Of a DNA stretch of 64,000 nt, positions 34,301 to 39,000 are shown in pieces. The stretch is taken from the IMG/VR virus record IMGVR_UViG_3300011268_000916, positions 63-64,062 of that record; one strand, given 5' to 3'. Within the stretch, counting starts at the first letter, position 1. Each line of letters starts with the position of its first letter. Source of the stretch: a virus. Both the position numbers and the translations under genes were made by a program. Under the pieces are notes generated by a model. The model saw nothing but the letters and a program-made list of their open reading frames with translations. It had not been told where the DNA came from and ran no database searches.

Positions 34301-34503
34301 TTGAGTCTGTAAATATCCCAACAGGACAAAATTATATCGAACTTGTTCTTGTAGATCTTCTTTACGATGATCCATACTACGTGTTTACTATTCAATATCA
34401 ACAAGGTGAGATCATAAATATTTACAATGGTAATACTTTGATAGTTGAAGATAAGTATACAATTCAATCTTATGAGTTCAATAGCGTATTATTAAGTCAA
34501 TAA
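10336..34503 (+). CDS. gp7: Giant gp7-like baseplate wedge initiator / structural protein (8055 aa)
   Basis: Lies between gp6 and gp8. N-terminal LPDFIRED..F..LLKYYYESLE, the IK.FY..KGT..SI..FF..IF core and the LQS.YYQNFAY.IK..W...V....HP.GF segment are gp7-type. It also carries YHYH, RCC1, Gly-rich beta repeats and phycobiliprotein-like modules. Confidence 0.82.
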   Translation: MEEKLVTSSNVESLLPDFIREDSPQFTNLLKYYYESLERSSYPLDVIYNLTNYYDLDSYTPDKLISKTTLIKNTEKIDDEIVVSSTRGFPEENGSVLIDNEIILYNYRTLSPQIKFIPNITPERVKSRFVVLDEITNQFDGLQTIFDLKLLGKKVYTPSCNHILINLGDSYLTPGVDYVTNNEDSNVPIGSVQFLTAPNESTSSTPNLCIIEFLQGYVTETVKILDTVSTTSPKKVFDLKFEGSPYQPISDGYLLVFKNGDLLSLNSEYSLTDTRIIFKNNIVSSDDLFFLSIESQVPRIGTGASAYSIIDENGQLDSIVVENNGSGYEYDETPKVEIYAETGDLATAYPLINGIRRILVVEPGYGYDKDNPPSLSFNLTNVGNIKTSVTIKNESIEKVTVLNSGFNVDIEPKVTVVDPKMPVFGAVIIEESGGAGTGYIITGVEILDGGFGLTNGPKLYVDAPPFGEEKKVDRPQTATIVPIIENGQVVDVDIINGGLGFDSENPPRVKAINYRNAEVLDVKVTDGSITGISLLSGGHGYLEAPTVYIVDNRYDAEGVYIGGVGAKARAILFNNSITDIIIEDFGSGYSDSNPPIVYISSPKNAQVVAEIGKGQITGFEVVERGSGYLKSSFMNCSRGTSGLKGFDKDENTIYVNTLPECHPAGSIVYNQNSEYLKYFLRRIKNQFLPEFPDIDFEQYDIRNLIKKIKNFYAIKGTKSSIESFFQTIFDDVVDVSYPKDQIVRSSDALWSTDTIMRVELLKGNIEDVLGNIIIQNASDVDPEVTYSSSIVDAYTILQTSKKTLYELVLDTNSYEGEFKVSYTTKLSESIDRVDTTITVDSTVGWPETNGYFYVSNELVTYKSKSLNQFFECTRAANGVSRFATGGTKVSTNFYVYYNQGQPDEVVMKILGISKTESTVVDNPASNYLEGDILSLSDLGTDNITNVSGRNYPLVNSWIFNVKKIQEVVSIEVKQKAGKYVGEVLLVKNHNLIRGQSIEIFGASPAVYNGSFTVENLSATNAKTFDYNLNITEDEYNSLVSTYPSAVGDIYLSIPLEKGKSDFRPIERIISESTTDVQNCYLTDDYVYIASSGIPSYPIGLTGGERGFLGNSLLPGNQRYLKRFPKQTQVVSEKRVTEYGQLGLFLNGVPLYNYKSDKRIRFGGISQVNVLNSGRDYDVEFDPEINVYKTIQTITGLQQIKNPDGVSLKPIVNGSLREIVVLNGGSGYTEPPILTVSGGGGSGAFATAVLSGGRISRVVVDSPGSGYFQKPVINIVGGGGGSGAVLDAVVRGPISSIRIDNPGQGFQENPEIEITTGSGGRAQAIILNGRVRSIGVLSAGSNYTTPPLVVITDSKGKNASAKAIIYTSGVNKGSIERIDVLNGGSGYNKDTVKVEIIPIGTGASFSSEIFKWTFNINTQLEGKFDPKDGYVFIGKNNQFGSEYAHTKNPRFLRYLLGDNVSYDETSNTVTELPIQQVTRHSPIIGWAFDGNPIYGPYGFANPSTNPGSANPNYIPMKSGWKLKNNRLNGPSTTTYPLGSFVEDYEYSLTTGVTLDRYNGRFCKTPEFPEGVYAYFVTITGTVNSVAEFPYVVGNEFYSVPDQFNFQANSLQSNLPKNVIRYRTPYESTDIDVVRKSSDINSSLSTEDNSFNFILEDSQTITGYDGDGNPIYTTLEGYDINDDTFITDDELNPIEFIEESDIEIYNYFPTTEGDAKVDIRISNVNKFETSILEGFTIENGGQNFKVNDTLLFDTSESGGNLPSAKVASVTGENVSELTFVFEDKKPYAKITTTTDHGLTYNDRFKVETRPESESQIEYQPNPYKVKVVNGIERIDVINFGADYDPETQINYRFFNRVLDNIKDVELNSIVDVGGSLKFIEVENSGSMDLDVSEVKLSLDPPTNVTKTLFYNKRIKNDRTAALELPTGSLENLEKDQIISNDIILDNNEIQSVTSANISGNDYKVTITTVDNNLVSSGKKVLVSGFNNYTSLNGLKTVTDITGNSFSYTVTQAGLPSTIDVVSKDWDQISSSQSGAHTLAIKQDGSLWAWGQNNFGQLGTGNRTRRKVPFKVNSSQWTAISANGNKSFAIKSDGTLWAWGQNSFGELGINSTDSYKTSPVQIGTSTWTKVSSGVDHALAIKSDGTLWAWGRNNYGQLGIGSTTTYSYPVQVSTNTNWTQVHAGNSISAAINSSGELFVWGDSRNSCLGLGKIASISILNPGRSGTFTPESTVNFELSGASGKVVSWNPTTRSLILKNFTYTNVPTRNEKLYIGSDVLTSTNYGRLRSIVIHELDDFGSSLEFTRTVGTGVFSTGETITSSRGVTATVVSYDSSTKKMKISNRSGEFIRNDIVTGNSSGAKQIFNRYTPQSGTRILVPTLINTSTWTKASSSNRSTFAIKSDGTLWAWGDNFFGNLGTNDLLDKNIPTQIGTDTTWLDVSAGSYHVLGINDSALYAWGRSSSYELGNGTLDTKLTPVEITGITDIGTIEAGNASSFVIKDMSGTDAPLLVFGNATQGRLGNNKIKGLVSTPTEVQSISVILNPESTIIESSIFAINSSDSIIEVSNIVNSSGEYPNNSQYLDDDIIEVVKDNDELIIDQKITQVLTNNVLPFSSSIRLNNLDNVEIGKLIRVVSEEKSFNATITDINSVLTLTEVPSSTEIYAGNKINFTVNSVEREFLVTGVSKKGSLTISVSEYTGNDTNIVTATVSSTTGISVGDELYIFGATADTNLNGTWNIIAVPNSTTFKFGINSPLATGSYLSGLGTAIKSISGTTTLNVSLDMPVSEYVNNATINGDLDVEVEVTIPSYPLFDEDMIVISDIDSQSNSIFVRTLITDKVKTTSNPISLSDVSISMYSVTLDSQNEYDFGNYKSTFFVENDFSNEQSVKYIASNTSTPINGLISGNIYYIKNVTRYSFSLAAEVDDVETITVTTIPSTSTHRFRSVIRRKIENSSYAQNKINYTTTSIDRNENLYAFGSTFDSQGTKCITFHKFDNSGELKFESYLLIPESDRGAGITQETFEITASKSFIKDNDLYLLVETVYRQISSELVKDLIIIKYDISSEQPLKLSTSVLLSSGSYEVSPIGMFVEDFENREINIISNILNYPGSENKESILLLKVTEDQPTNINTLSFTSTNTSVRVNNALTNSNTIFLSNTFYENQPVVYTSFLPIGGLESNTVYYIISVDNEKFKLSKTPSGTPVQLTSLGDNLLNAHTISPVLIPSYDISLQRRISFDNELPIDDIGYQQISVSAKSFDVNESNFVISSTSNNKPYLIKINKSTFSVDWIKEVSGITSLLNKHFIKFNQFNEIYFAFNEQIVRLDIDGDIIREVTIPSYTSDHEVSSLFFDYFDNVIVILNDDSGVNSKVVVNYFDYKLDYLKTQTISESNVNISVSSSVLDLYNSVYLTITESTNNYYSYIYRTYKELQNNTSNNITMSNSTSLITEAELEDFTTSFTNNSNIIGRQGTQFSNFSITDINIFETDCPKSYQVSSTFADIFSEKVSTKGSKPAFDITLNKKYYIEKDSIEFISPVVTYQLNKTVNYPVGSTVLFTDNENLSNTYSGVILDKGIQTLTVTEFSSSNSDLIENILDNSNVKLRNQNPFYNSKINNTFVNFEKIEAKLEISNITADSVFLPGDTVEFLTPSTGNTFVYRGKATILSYNETTNIISFKNVFDDGISEATRVRITKTIGGENTVTAFAEFLYATDWDYIDKFEFEIPSEYEDDYIFESDNITNGSIVSIKVVNSGTDYTVAPSVIVQNQPGVNGSGLIAIAVLNGNGGVDRILVENGGAKFTKTPNIILLGGDGQGATAKVTRMRFVSEVYTIQVIDREQNLDLTNSTIYDEVELGDVITQTSTSASGIVVSKNRDHVRVRLSNQSRFDTSSVSISGVRTESTYSASGVGITSVSPCVFFSGESTTMKSVLDEYDVNYTNQFYPELTVNSNNNISISRLYGVSKINLITRLFEYVYQIPGENLVHEDKIFIKTTDDHNLRENSLATLVLPSTYSQINLVDQIISENEFIFRLYNIDLNNLPHNVFNPSTSELYYKAPSFNMVYGHTYRFDVSDPSNTGTLFNFSRDDSNRVVYTFNNVVRNNIVPGQSGSYVDFVVESNAGQLSYYFNEANSDGNNFVLPDSTISLRETPYNGTFRVYRVLNDTQLLYPLPYKPECDAYVLLGNENTTKYLSYSETSSGSISEISIFNNGGYFKVLPRVSGILCPRKIEKIEILNGGTEYEPGIYRDVPILGDGVGGLVDITVTPEVITNELDEEIITGRITQAVVTNPGEGYTEATINIVDIPGILGSASNGSGGQLEVVIPAPGTGSSILPYSEKVGSIRKLSNLNVGFDYTHDYTLKPQIKFPISLQLVNAKVISEVIIDDPGFGYTSTPIVLIEGGGGSGAAAVATVRNNRVSGIELVSAGSGYFSEPNIIIQSKIPYVVNLDLNLIQFKVPHGIPNGSTIKLRAEVVDGNNNVIMPIINYPGGMDNLIDDDNSLTGSYQTTISLAAIVGESNGLLPNQLRIAINKNEALLNNYLTFVTTGSPTQSLLTEVFGAKATATLKSSQFLGNEIINQLEPQIVNGVEQEVTTCVAKVLPNSGWISGPNILRVNVLEGEFGIGKKVVGLSSESSGIVNKVISASGFGEIGSTSRIDGKFYEETGKLSSISQRLQSEYYQNFAYLIKTTTPSEDWRNLVLDNLHPIGFSLFSEYSYETNSSLPRLKASTSFSRDISVDAAQRRGSRIFSPGYIEDVLNLNEVSVVGKKLITSENIITSFVEKIVDISDKFDGETTTFDLQVRRLITNLDGSTTEVLDVVRSNERFLMIFLNNILQSPDSYVFQNGQITFDEAPSARLVSKSRNVKFTNLYPPVGKFTQDEKLYVVRVKEFNIDGLNIWQQTIVIESSTNPNIEIGDTVEQNNINGVITEIGVVFENNIYTVTLVVVFTTTDSTIITDDEDITVFYDNEDLTGTDFDVTYVSTNQIADLRPFKFDILEGSEVVNDKVDIFSYQNVQEEGEYSVNIFAYKINDNLNQLSEDNQVIIRLYNFESNQYELDETSNYITLSNDIVGPFILSSNASTVSPSDSKTDLAYDVNETNLSVRSIFTFDSFLNYNQSTPSLVELNVGDVLTSTVNREVATVVSVNEVTKEVEVAIKSNITDPFIDENETLQSRTTQGEIVEGNLTNFVYFTTPNAKYKVTKIRFKSDDDNTFTDDNTPLPVVLTNDLLVSKTYGTANNTDSSTIFLAINDLVVGEKSRTSCKITEITRINNINEVEISPGTLFTGYIFNRVNNPDNPNVSLTDVSKSYIVPFNKLESYGDLYYKEIESSRLLLDDYLYNESIGDRFKSIQLEVEYGDSDEFNVDDTLEIVRVSVDVEESAGRFKDARNLIVANKQEIIDRSLAEIAIQHPDFNFPDDPADYERFRYYDSYRLIQQNKKEITERALAEIAVDYPDFVFPGAPVSSTQYRFFDAYRLIQQNRQEIIDSSYEESIVGDTNGVKCKRDIGFLVDAVSLDLFAGGNYYSREFVKQYFSGTTTLLTNGLAGEITNSITAFNNARDNMKLAIQNLLTITDPTVTPDPSPGVQGDCTDVSNAIDNLVEIVTVVLTAEDLGELPSVNNGMFIDGSSKCLRDIGYFVDAISLDVFTGGNAYSRKFTLQYFDTAGRPTSSLAGEETESITSFNMARDMMKKAITNQLYVKDLTLPYGPAEFGGTGGDVEYNYSGNENTCTDVQSNINTLCSIVTTCLSNKTTDSLPTENLGSFTENGTICARDIGYIVDSVASDLFRGSNVNVIESANSYFDNNGNIIYIIGEESETITAFNKARDMMKLAINNQLYAKDFTLIEDPETSSNNDPESCANVQSTIDTLVSIVTTTIIGEDQNLLPNPNPGRSFVAGETITISNGTNTYESTILSSDNVNYIISLENVYENDLIVEETELLDFTGYTVSTNRQSSIVNIVAPVKDLDVTRTTVKSKTYDITTKFTLTTVTGLSVGLTATQGSIVGKVVDIIGNDIYINHFSYDTENHYVTGNIVFNTTPAITRSVTANSANRETIHYISTSEIVPQINKYQPTPGTIHSYTPWNDLYDVLDNNKSFIVDYVYELITTQFAYLSDKNTITIGRCKNDLALMLNAITNDIKLGGNYNTVLATRFYFDSNNEVNFLKGEVEESIWAYSRLKDFIKLSSRNFEVVQTCNLVNSQNYITVSDSTGIVRGMLVTTDQFDVDIYVKSVSGNNVYLMTESFADYTLVGNYSAQEVTFNFDKFKVNSQFVSVLYNIPIQYSSDVISSTTLDQNISDLVDVLLNAINPDSLRFYKDAVIELSETYEDVIDDVYDDLKLQFNNLTIPNDNLNKCQRDMKIVSEAIFDDLKFGGNVNTIRASEFYVNGGSLSHVETELIETAYAFFKLETSYKEIIDNSTNYTTQEKTDIQERITELFQLLISKITNDATGTIQDASAQIARNEKFIVDEAFLITLDATPSASFTQSEITQLYSYAYSVIKATIKNLLLGSNEYVLDALTDLGETSPFYSNSSKKSFVQDFFSEVINLAKLSTVNFYINSSEDPYVVQESVLTYKTDSSISVDPAGWPYCQSVQNALDTFGTIINNYWTDLSLPNVSVVEFTYSPKRLYPQNYVQRPIISSISENDLCILKSSTLTKTAFVNAIDSGVTKIYDLQKRFDLNDEDGTIEKSNLVGSFVNGSISVTLKDINDDGSVNVSITGNGSNISVGQTFTQDNDFYSVIESIYNVYILKNVNGNFYKNNYIFGIDSGSTSNSYISSFERNTAVIEKSVGDRLIFDSTSVVGSFTLYDYVYVKNTTYESSVVYAYQGFNGQRTQFPLVVISPTGDIQDYFPSVEDSPIIVSINGVIQEFDKDYTTASNFITFATPPTKDDEFLAVYYGKWRKIDDISPQFDGITQSFGMEIGGLPFAISVFGNATNIIVDRNCLFTINGVVQVPQEGFTVDGSRIRFSSAPKPGSSFVGYVYVGSAIDVDSIEVIPQIEPTDIIRLNKEDTNRTVATVDNLTSVTTFEYSGDRIGRTASATATIRTGKINGASLTSGGSGYIRRPRITINSSSGDEARLTAQLGVSNVEVINAGSGYLKPSVQVISNTGTGFTGEILFEPDSNNTQKISAIKVINSGFGYSSSDEVSISNVGNPEIPVEFKVVVNQAGGIENIYPVLIGIIEINEGDWDGALFDEYTENDFKFRIRGATSKSEAVFVSGGESEAKIFVKDLTGSFIPGENINIVSFTNNVSLGKLTSVESFYLNVGGSGYNPLRLKVTYTGEGTIPAGGFVEVGTQIQYQFDTFSKLSDSDFVINIDKSYSYVEDRDFYIGEKIDVYARSNGVKTGTVKHFVVESWNPTTLKLTVSKPTPIKVDIVLDQNGSVTNAIVINKGNNYYNVLDYAVTLEGQTETEYDEASFELSIGSITDIIVTPYTIGNTSYDGFGRDYSTSDTVVIQPIDEFGGVENVVGSGSGATIKLNVNAFGGEIESITIPENLRGSQYYTTPVIITKGGGGYGVKVLASIENNLVSDVEFVSRGVGFESVPEIIFAQKVLLTKESKIRSYLTSKSDKLAGLVKNVTEDDTQIFVSSTGGFTSSGTLILGKEVITYSGKTSNSFTGITRGINFNYDQKLRLSSGFWNFSINDILPIIRINSEESGSITTNVRVYSFEPQSQDEVIPPYLFIKYVIDSLAFIDAGTARSEGTPSYVGGLFNTSSNGNYIINAQSLHLNNVDGLAVEDIVEQTIVVDQNTTIVVSGSIVRIIKASNRIVVELDDDNTEFIIGQVIINPNEPDKTKTRSITTPSGGVAVEKMGINRFDTDKISDGVTDTDLDLIKDKTFVICQSDSSTCNALYPQLKGYSLLDPSIVEESGFLITDSIYPRNLTIGGEQPYGYISTVEQGPNNKGLTYNGVNNTGSDYNGEIALDGGYPFSLYGVEEIDQLGNTIAIGDALRDGNGNIVTVEDISAVNTGEFHQSQVTIRINKPTTYGELLIGRKVVGADSGFSGIIESVNIPTGQNYIELVLVDLLYDDPYYVFTIQYQQGEIINIYNGNTLIVEDKYTIQSYEFNSVLLSQ
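16402..17928 (+). repeat. Seven RCC1-type repeats (beta-propeller) within gp7, split by an insertion
   Basis: Repeated AIKSDGTLWAWG.N..G.LG motifs: four copies at 16402-16956 and three at ~17443-17928. Confidence 0.85.
26437..30110 (+). repeat. Phycobiliprotein-like (globin-fold) helical repeats within gp7
   Basis: CKRDIGF (Cys codon 26794), CLRDIGY (27178), CARDIGY (27598), CKNDLAL (28654), CQRDMKI (29344); R..A..LI..N...I...A...I...PD segments; second conserved Cys at 27055, 27475, 27862 and 30049. Confidence 0.65.
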
Positions 34504-34506
34504 ATA
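34500..34506 (+). promoter_or_regulatory. T4-type late promoter core ATAAATA upstream of gp8
   Basis: Overlaps the gp7 stop codon, about 22 nt before ATG 34529. The motif is short and AT-rich, so the call rests on position. Confidence 0.55.
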
Positions 34507-34528
34507 AAATAAAGGATTTCTATAAAAA

Positions 34529-36046
34529 ATGACCGCTTTAATTACTGATCAGTTTAGGATCTTTTTGTCAAAACAATTCATATCATCTTTTGATACTCAA
34601 CAAACAACTCCAGATTCTTTATACGTTTTTGTGGGAAGACCACAAGCTTGGGAAGATTCTACTGGTGGAGACTCATCTCCACCAGATCCAATAGATAGTT
34701 TTGAACAGTATTCAGATATCTATGATGATATGGTTGCTATGAAGAGAATTTTGCCCACAGATATTTTACCTGTGGTAAGGAGAATTAATTGGATTCCACC
34801 AGAACAAACTACGGGTGGATTGGGATTTACATATGACATGTATAGACATGATTATTCGATTTATAATCCTGCTGCTAGTGGAGCTACATCTTTATACGAT
34901 GCAGACTTCTATGTAGTTAATAGTCAATATCAAGTTTTCAAATGTATTTACAATGGAACTTCTCCATCAGATCCTAATGGAAAGCCCTCAACAATTGAAC
35001 CAACTGGAACATCCAATGCAATCATCACTACGTCTGATGGATATAGATGGAAGTATATGTATACTTTGACGGTTGACCAAATTATTAGATTCTTATCTAA
35101 AGATTATCTACCTGTAATTCAAGATACTACAGTTTCCACCAATACAAGTAATGGTGAGATTGATACTATTCTGATTGTAAATTCTGGAAGTGGTTATAAC
35201 AATGGAGTTTATGAAAACATAGCTATCAATGGTGATGGTAAAGGTGGAAGAGTAACTATTGTAATTGATGGCGGTAAAGTCTCTCAAGTTAATGTATTGA
35301 ATGGAGGAAGTGAATATTCCTTCGGTCAAATAGATATTGATGGAATAACTGGTATTGGTTCTGGTACTGGAGCTCAGGTTAATGTTATTATCCCACCTCA
35401 AGGTGGACATGGAAAAGATACGTTAACTGAATTGGGAGCTTTTAGAATTCTTATTAATACCAAATTTTCATATGATGAAGGTCTTGGTGACTTCCCAACA
35501 GATAATGATTTTAGAAGAATTGGATTAATTATCAATCCATTAGTAAGAGGAACTAATACTACTGCAACTTCTTTGACTTATAGTTTAACAAAAGCTATTG
35601 CATTTCCATTGAGTTTTACAGGATCTTTTACTCCAGATGCTACTATTCAACAAACAAGAACAGTTGGAGCAACATCTGTAGTTTCTAGAGGAGTTGTTGT
35701 TTCTTGGAATCCAATTACAAAAGTTCTAAAGTATTTTCAAAACAGAGTCAAGGGTATTTTCCCAGAAGGAACTGGACCTTTGAATGAGTTTGTTGGATCA
35801 GAAAACGTATCTATCCCAGGAGGAACTACATCAGTTTCACCAGATGTAGCATTCCCCGAAATTGACAACACTAGTACTAGAACTGTAGATGGTAAAAACT
35901 ATAATCTAGGACAGAATTTTACTCAGGGTTATGCTCAACCAGAGATAGAAAAAAACTCTGGAAAAATTATCTATATAGATAATAGAAGACCAATTGTTAG
36001 ATTCCCTGACCAGGTTGAAGACATCAAAATCATTATCGAGTTCTAA
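34529..36046 (+). CDS. gp8: Baseplate wedge subunit gp8
   Basis: ITDQFRI...LYVFVGRPQAW, MKRI....VVRRINW, YDMYRHDY, DGYRWKYMYT and SG.IIYIDNRRPI.R...Q.EDIKIIIEF motifs. Confidence 0.93.
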   Translation: MTALITDQFRIFLSKQFISSFDTQQTTPDSLYVFVGRPQAWEDSTGGDSSPPDPIDSFEQYSDIYDDMVAMKRILPTDILPVVRRINWIPPEQTTGGLGFTYDMYRHDYSIYNPAASGATSLYDADFYVVNSQYQVFKCIYNGTSPSDPNGKPSTIEPTGTSNAIITTSDGYRWKYMYTLTVDQIIRFLSKDYLPVIQDTTVSTNTSNGEIDTILIVNSGSGYNNGVYENIAINGDGKGGRVTIVIDGGKVSQVNVLNGGSEYSFGQIDIDGITGIGSGTGAQVNVIIPPQGGHGKDTLTELGAFRILINTKFSYDEGLGDFPTDNDFRRIGLIINPLVRGTNTTATSLTYSLTKAIAFPLSFTGSFTPDATIQQTRTVGATSVVSRGVVVSWNPITKVLKYFQNRVKGIFPEGTGPLNEFVGSENVSIPGGTTSVSPDVAFPEIDNTSTRTVDGKNYNLGQNFTQGYAQPEIEKNSGKIIYIDNRRPIVRFPDQVEDIKIIIEF

Positions 36047-36070
36047 TTACAAAATTAAGCAAGGAAAGAC

Positions 36071-39000
36071 ATGGCACAAAATACTAATCTGAACGTAGCT
36101 CCATATAATGATGATTTTTCAAAAGATAAGAATTTTCATAAGGTTCTCTTTAGACCTGGATATCCAGTACAGGCTAGAGAACTAACAACACTCCAATCAA
36201 TTCTACAAAATCAAATTGAAAATATAGGTCAACATTTCTTCAAAGATGGAGGAATGATTATTCCTGGTCAATTGAGTTATGACTTACAATGTCATGCTAT
36301 TTTGGTACAATCAACTTTCCTTGGTGCAGCAGTAGAGTCATATAGAAATCAATTAGATGAAATAGAACTTTATGGTATTAAATCTGGAGTTTCTGCCAGA
36401 GTTCAGTTTAGTATTTCTGCAAAAGAATCAACGAAGAAGTTTATTACTTTATATGTAAAGTATATTGCTTCTGGTCAAGACAATGTAACTAGAAGATTTG
36501 ATGATAATGAAGAGTTATATGCTAACGTTGACATTACAATTGGAGGGAGACTTGTTGAAGCTGGATCTCCAATCCTCAAGTTAATTCCAAAAAATGCTAA
36601 GTACGTTGGATCTTGTGCTTATATTAATAATGGAGTTTATTTTATCAGAGGATTCTTTGTCGATGTAGCAACTCAAAGAGTTCTTCTAGATCAATATTCC
36701 AATGAACCATCATACAAAATTGGATTTGATATTTCAGAATCTATTATCACCCCAGAAGATGATGAATCTTTAAATGATAATGCTTTTGGATCAAGTAATT
36801 ATAATGCTCCAGGAGCTCATAGATTCAGACTAAGATGTACTCTTACTAAGAGACTTTTAGATGATCCTGGAGATAAAAATTTCTTAGAACTTTTAAGATT
36901 AGAAGAAGGTAAAGTTCTCAGACTTAATAAAAAAGAACCATATTCAGAATTAGAAAGATCAATCGCCAGAAGAACTTACGATACTCATGGCGATTACATG
37001 ACCAAACCATTTGGTATTATGGTCAAGGAATCTTTAAATGATGGTCTTAATAACGGTGTATTTGAAGAAGGAGATACAACAGCTCAAGGAAATTCTCCTG
37101 GTGATGACTTATATACAGTAGAGATTAGCCCAGGTAGAGCATATGTTCAGGGCTATGAAATTTCTACTGATGCTCCAACATACTTAGATTTACAAAAACC
37201 TAGAGAAGTAGAAAAATTAACAAACCAAATTCTTCCATATGAACAAGGAGATTACTTCTTAGTTAAGAATTTAAGGGGACTTCCTTTTGTAAGTAATTCT
37301 GGTGTTCTTGCAAATCATTATCAAACTATTGAATTTTATGATTCATACTATGAAGATACCTTTGCTGAAGGTAGAAACATGGTTGGTATGGCCAGATGTA
37401 TTGGTATTGATAGATTAGGTAATAATCAATTTAAGTTATATGTTGGTGACGTACAACTATTCACTCTGATCAAACTTCAAACTGCAATTGATACAAACAA
37501 TGAAATTAGACCACTGTTAAGGCAGGGAGATGAAATCATTGGTGACTCAAGTAAAGCAAAAGGTATCCTTGCGTATGATCCAGATGAAAATATATTAAGA
37601 GTTTATCAAGTTGCTGGACAATTTATAAAAGGCGAAAAATTAAGAAGAGATGGTCAACTAATTACATTTAGAGATGATGCTGAAAATTATAAGAGAGCTC
37701 AAAATGTAACAGTACAAGGAGTATACAATTATGACTTCAGTGATATCAAGAGACTTAATGGTACTTATGTTTCAGCTGATCAACAATTAGTAGAAGAATT
37801 TTATTGTGATACTTTCCTTTCTGACTCCTTTGCTTTACCTTCAGATAAAATTCAATTTGTAAAGGAGCAGGAAGTAGTAACTCCTAGAACTATTACTGTA
37901 AACTGCGTTCAAGCTGAGGTAGTTACTACCAAATTGCCTGCTACTAGAGTAACTCTACAAAGAGAAACTGTCCTTTTAGCTAGTCAAGATAGTAAGAGAT
38001 ATAAACCTAATTCTTTTGTCAGAAACACTCAGAATTATTCTGTAACTAGAACTGTAACTCCAAGTACAGGAAACGTAACCAGATCATGTGATTTTGTTGC
38101 CGGTAGTTCCACACTTGCAGTCATTAGTGGCGGATTAACTGGAATTGAAGTTGGTAATAAAGTAACTGGTAATGGAATAAGTAATGGAACATTTGTAATT
38201 TCAAAGGCTACTGTTGGTGGAGTTGATACTGTCGATCTCAACCAGGCTGTTTTTGCATCTGGAAATAATGTATCTGTAACTTTTAGAGAAGCAAAGTGTA
38301 CTGTTAGCAGCGCTACATCTCTAGCAGTGGGTCAGAGAATTATTGGTAGCGGAATTCCTTCCAATACTTTTATTAGATCTATTAGTGGAACCACATTATT
38401 CTTGACAGATGCTCCTACATCTAATGCTGCTGTTACTGCAACATTTATTCTTCCAACTAAGTTTGCTAAAATTATTCAAAAGAAAACAGAAAAAGTTAAT
38501 ATTGCAATTTTAGAAGACGAAAATAATACCAATAAGAAAGGTAAAAAAGTTAAGAAACCAGTCTATAAATTCTTTACGAAATTAGTTCTAGAATATTGCA
38601 ACTATCTAGGACAAACTTTATCAGTTCCCGAATCTGGAAGTTTTAATGTTAATGACATTCTTTATAACATTCCTAAGATGTCCAATAACATTGCGACAAA
38701 TGGAAGTTTGACTAATAAAAATTATACTATCGTTAAAGGTGCATATGGAGCTAATCAGAGAATAAGAGCAGATTTTGACTATCAATTCTTTACTGAAAAT
38801 AAAACATCTGATGATATTAGTACATCAAAAGACACTATCAGATTGTTTGCACATGGATTAAAAACAGGAGATATTCTTGAATATCAATTCTTAAGTGGTA
38901 AGTATGTTGGTACTAGAGCAAGTACAAACAGCGGTAACAATTACTTAGTATCTGGAACCCAATACTATGTTATTAAAGTTGACAATAACTTTATCAAACT

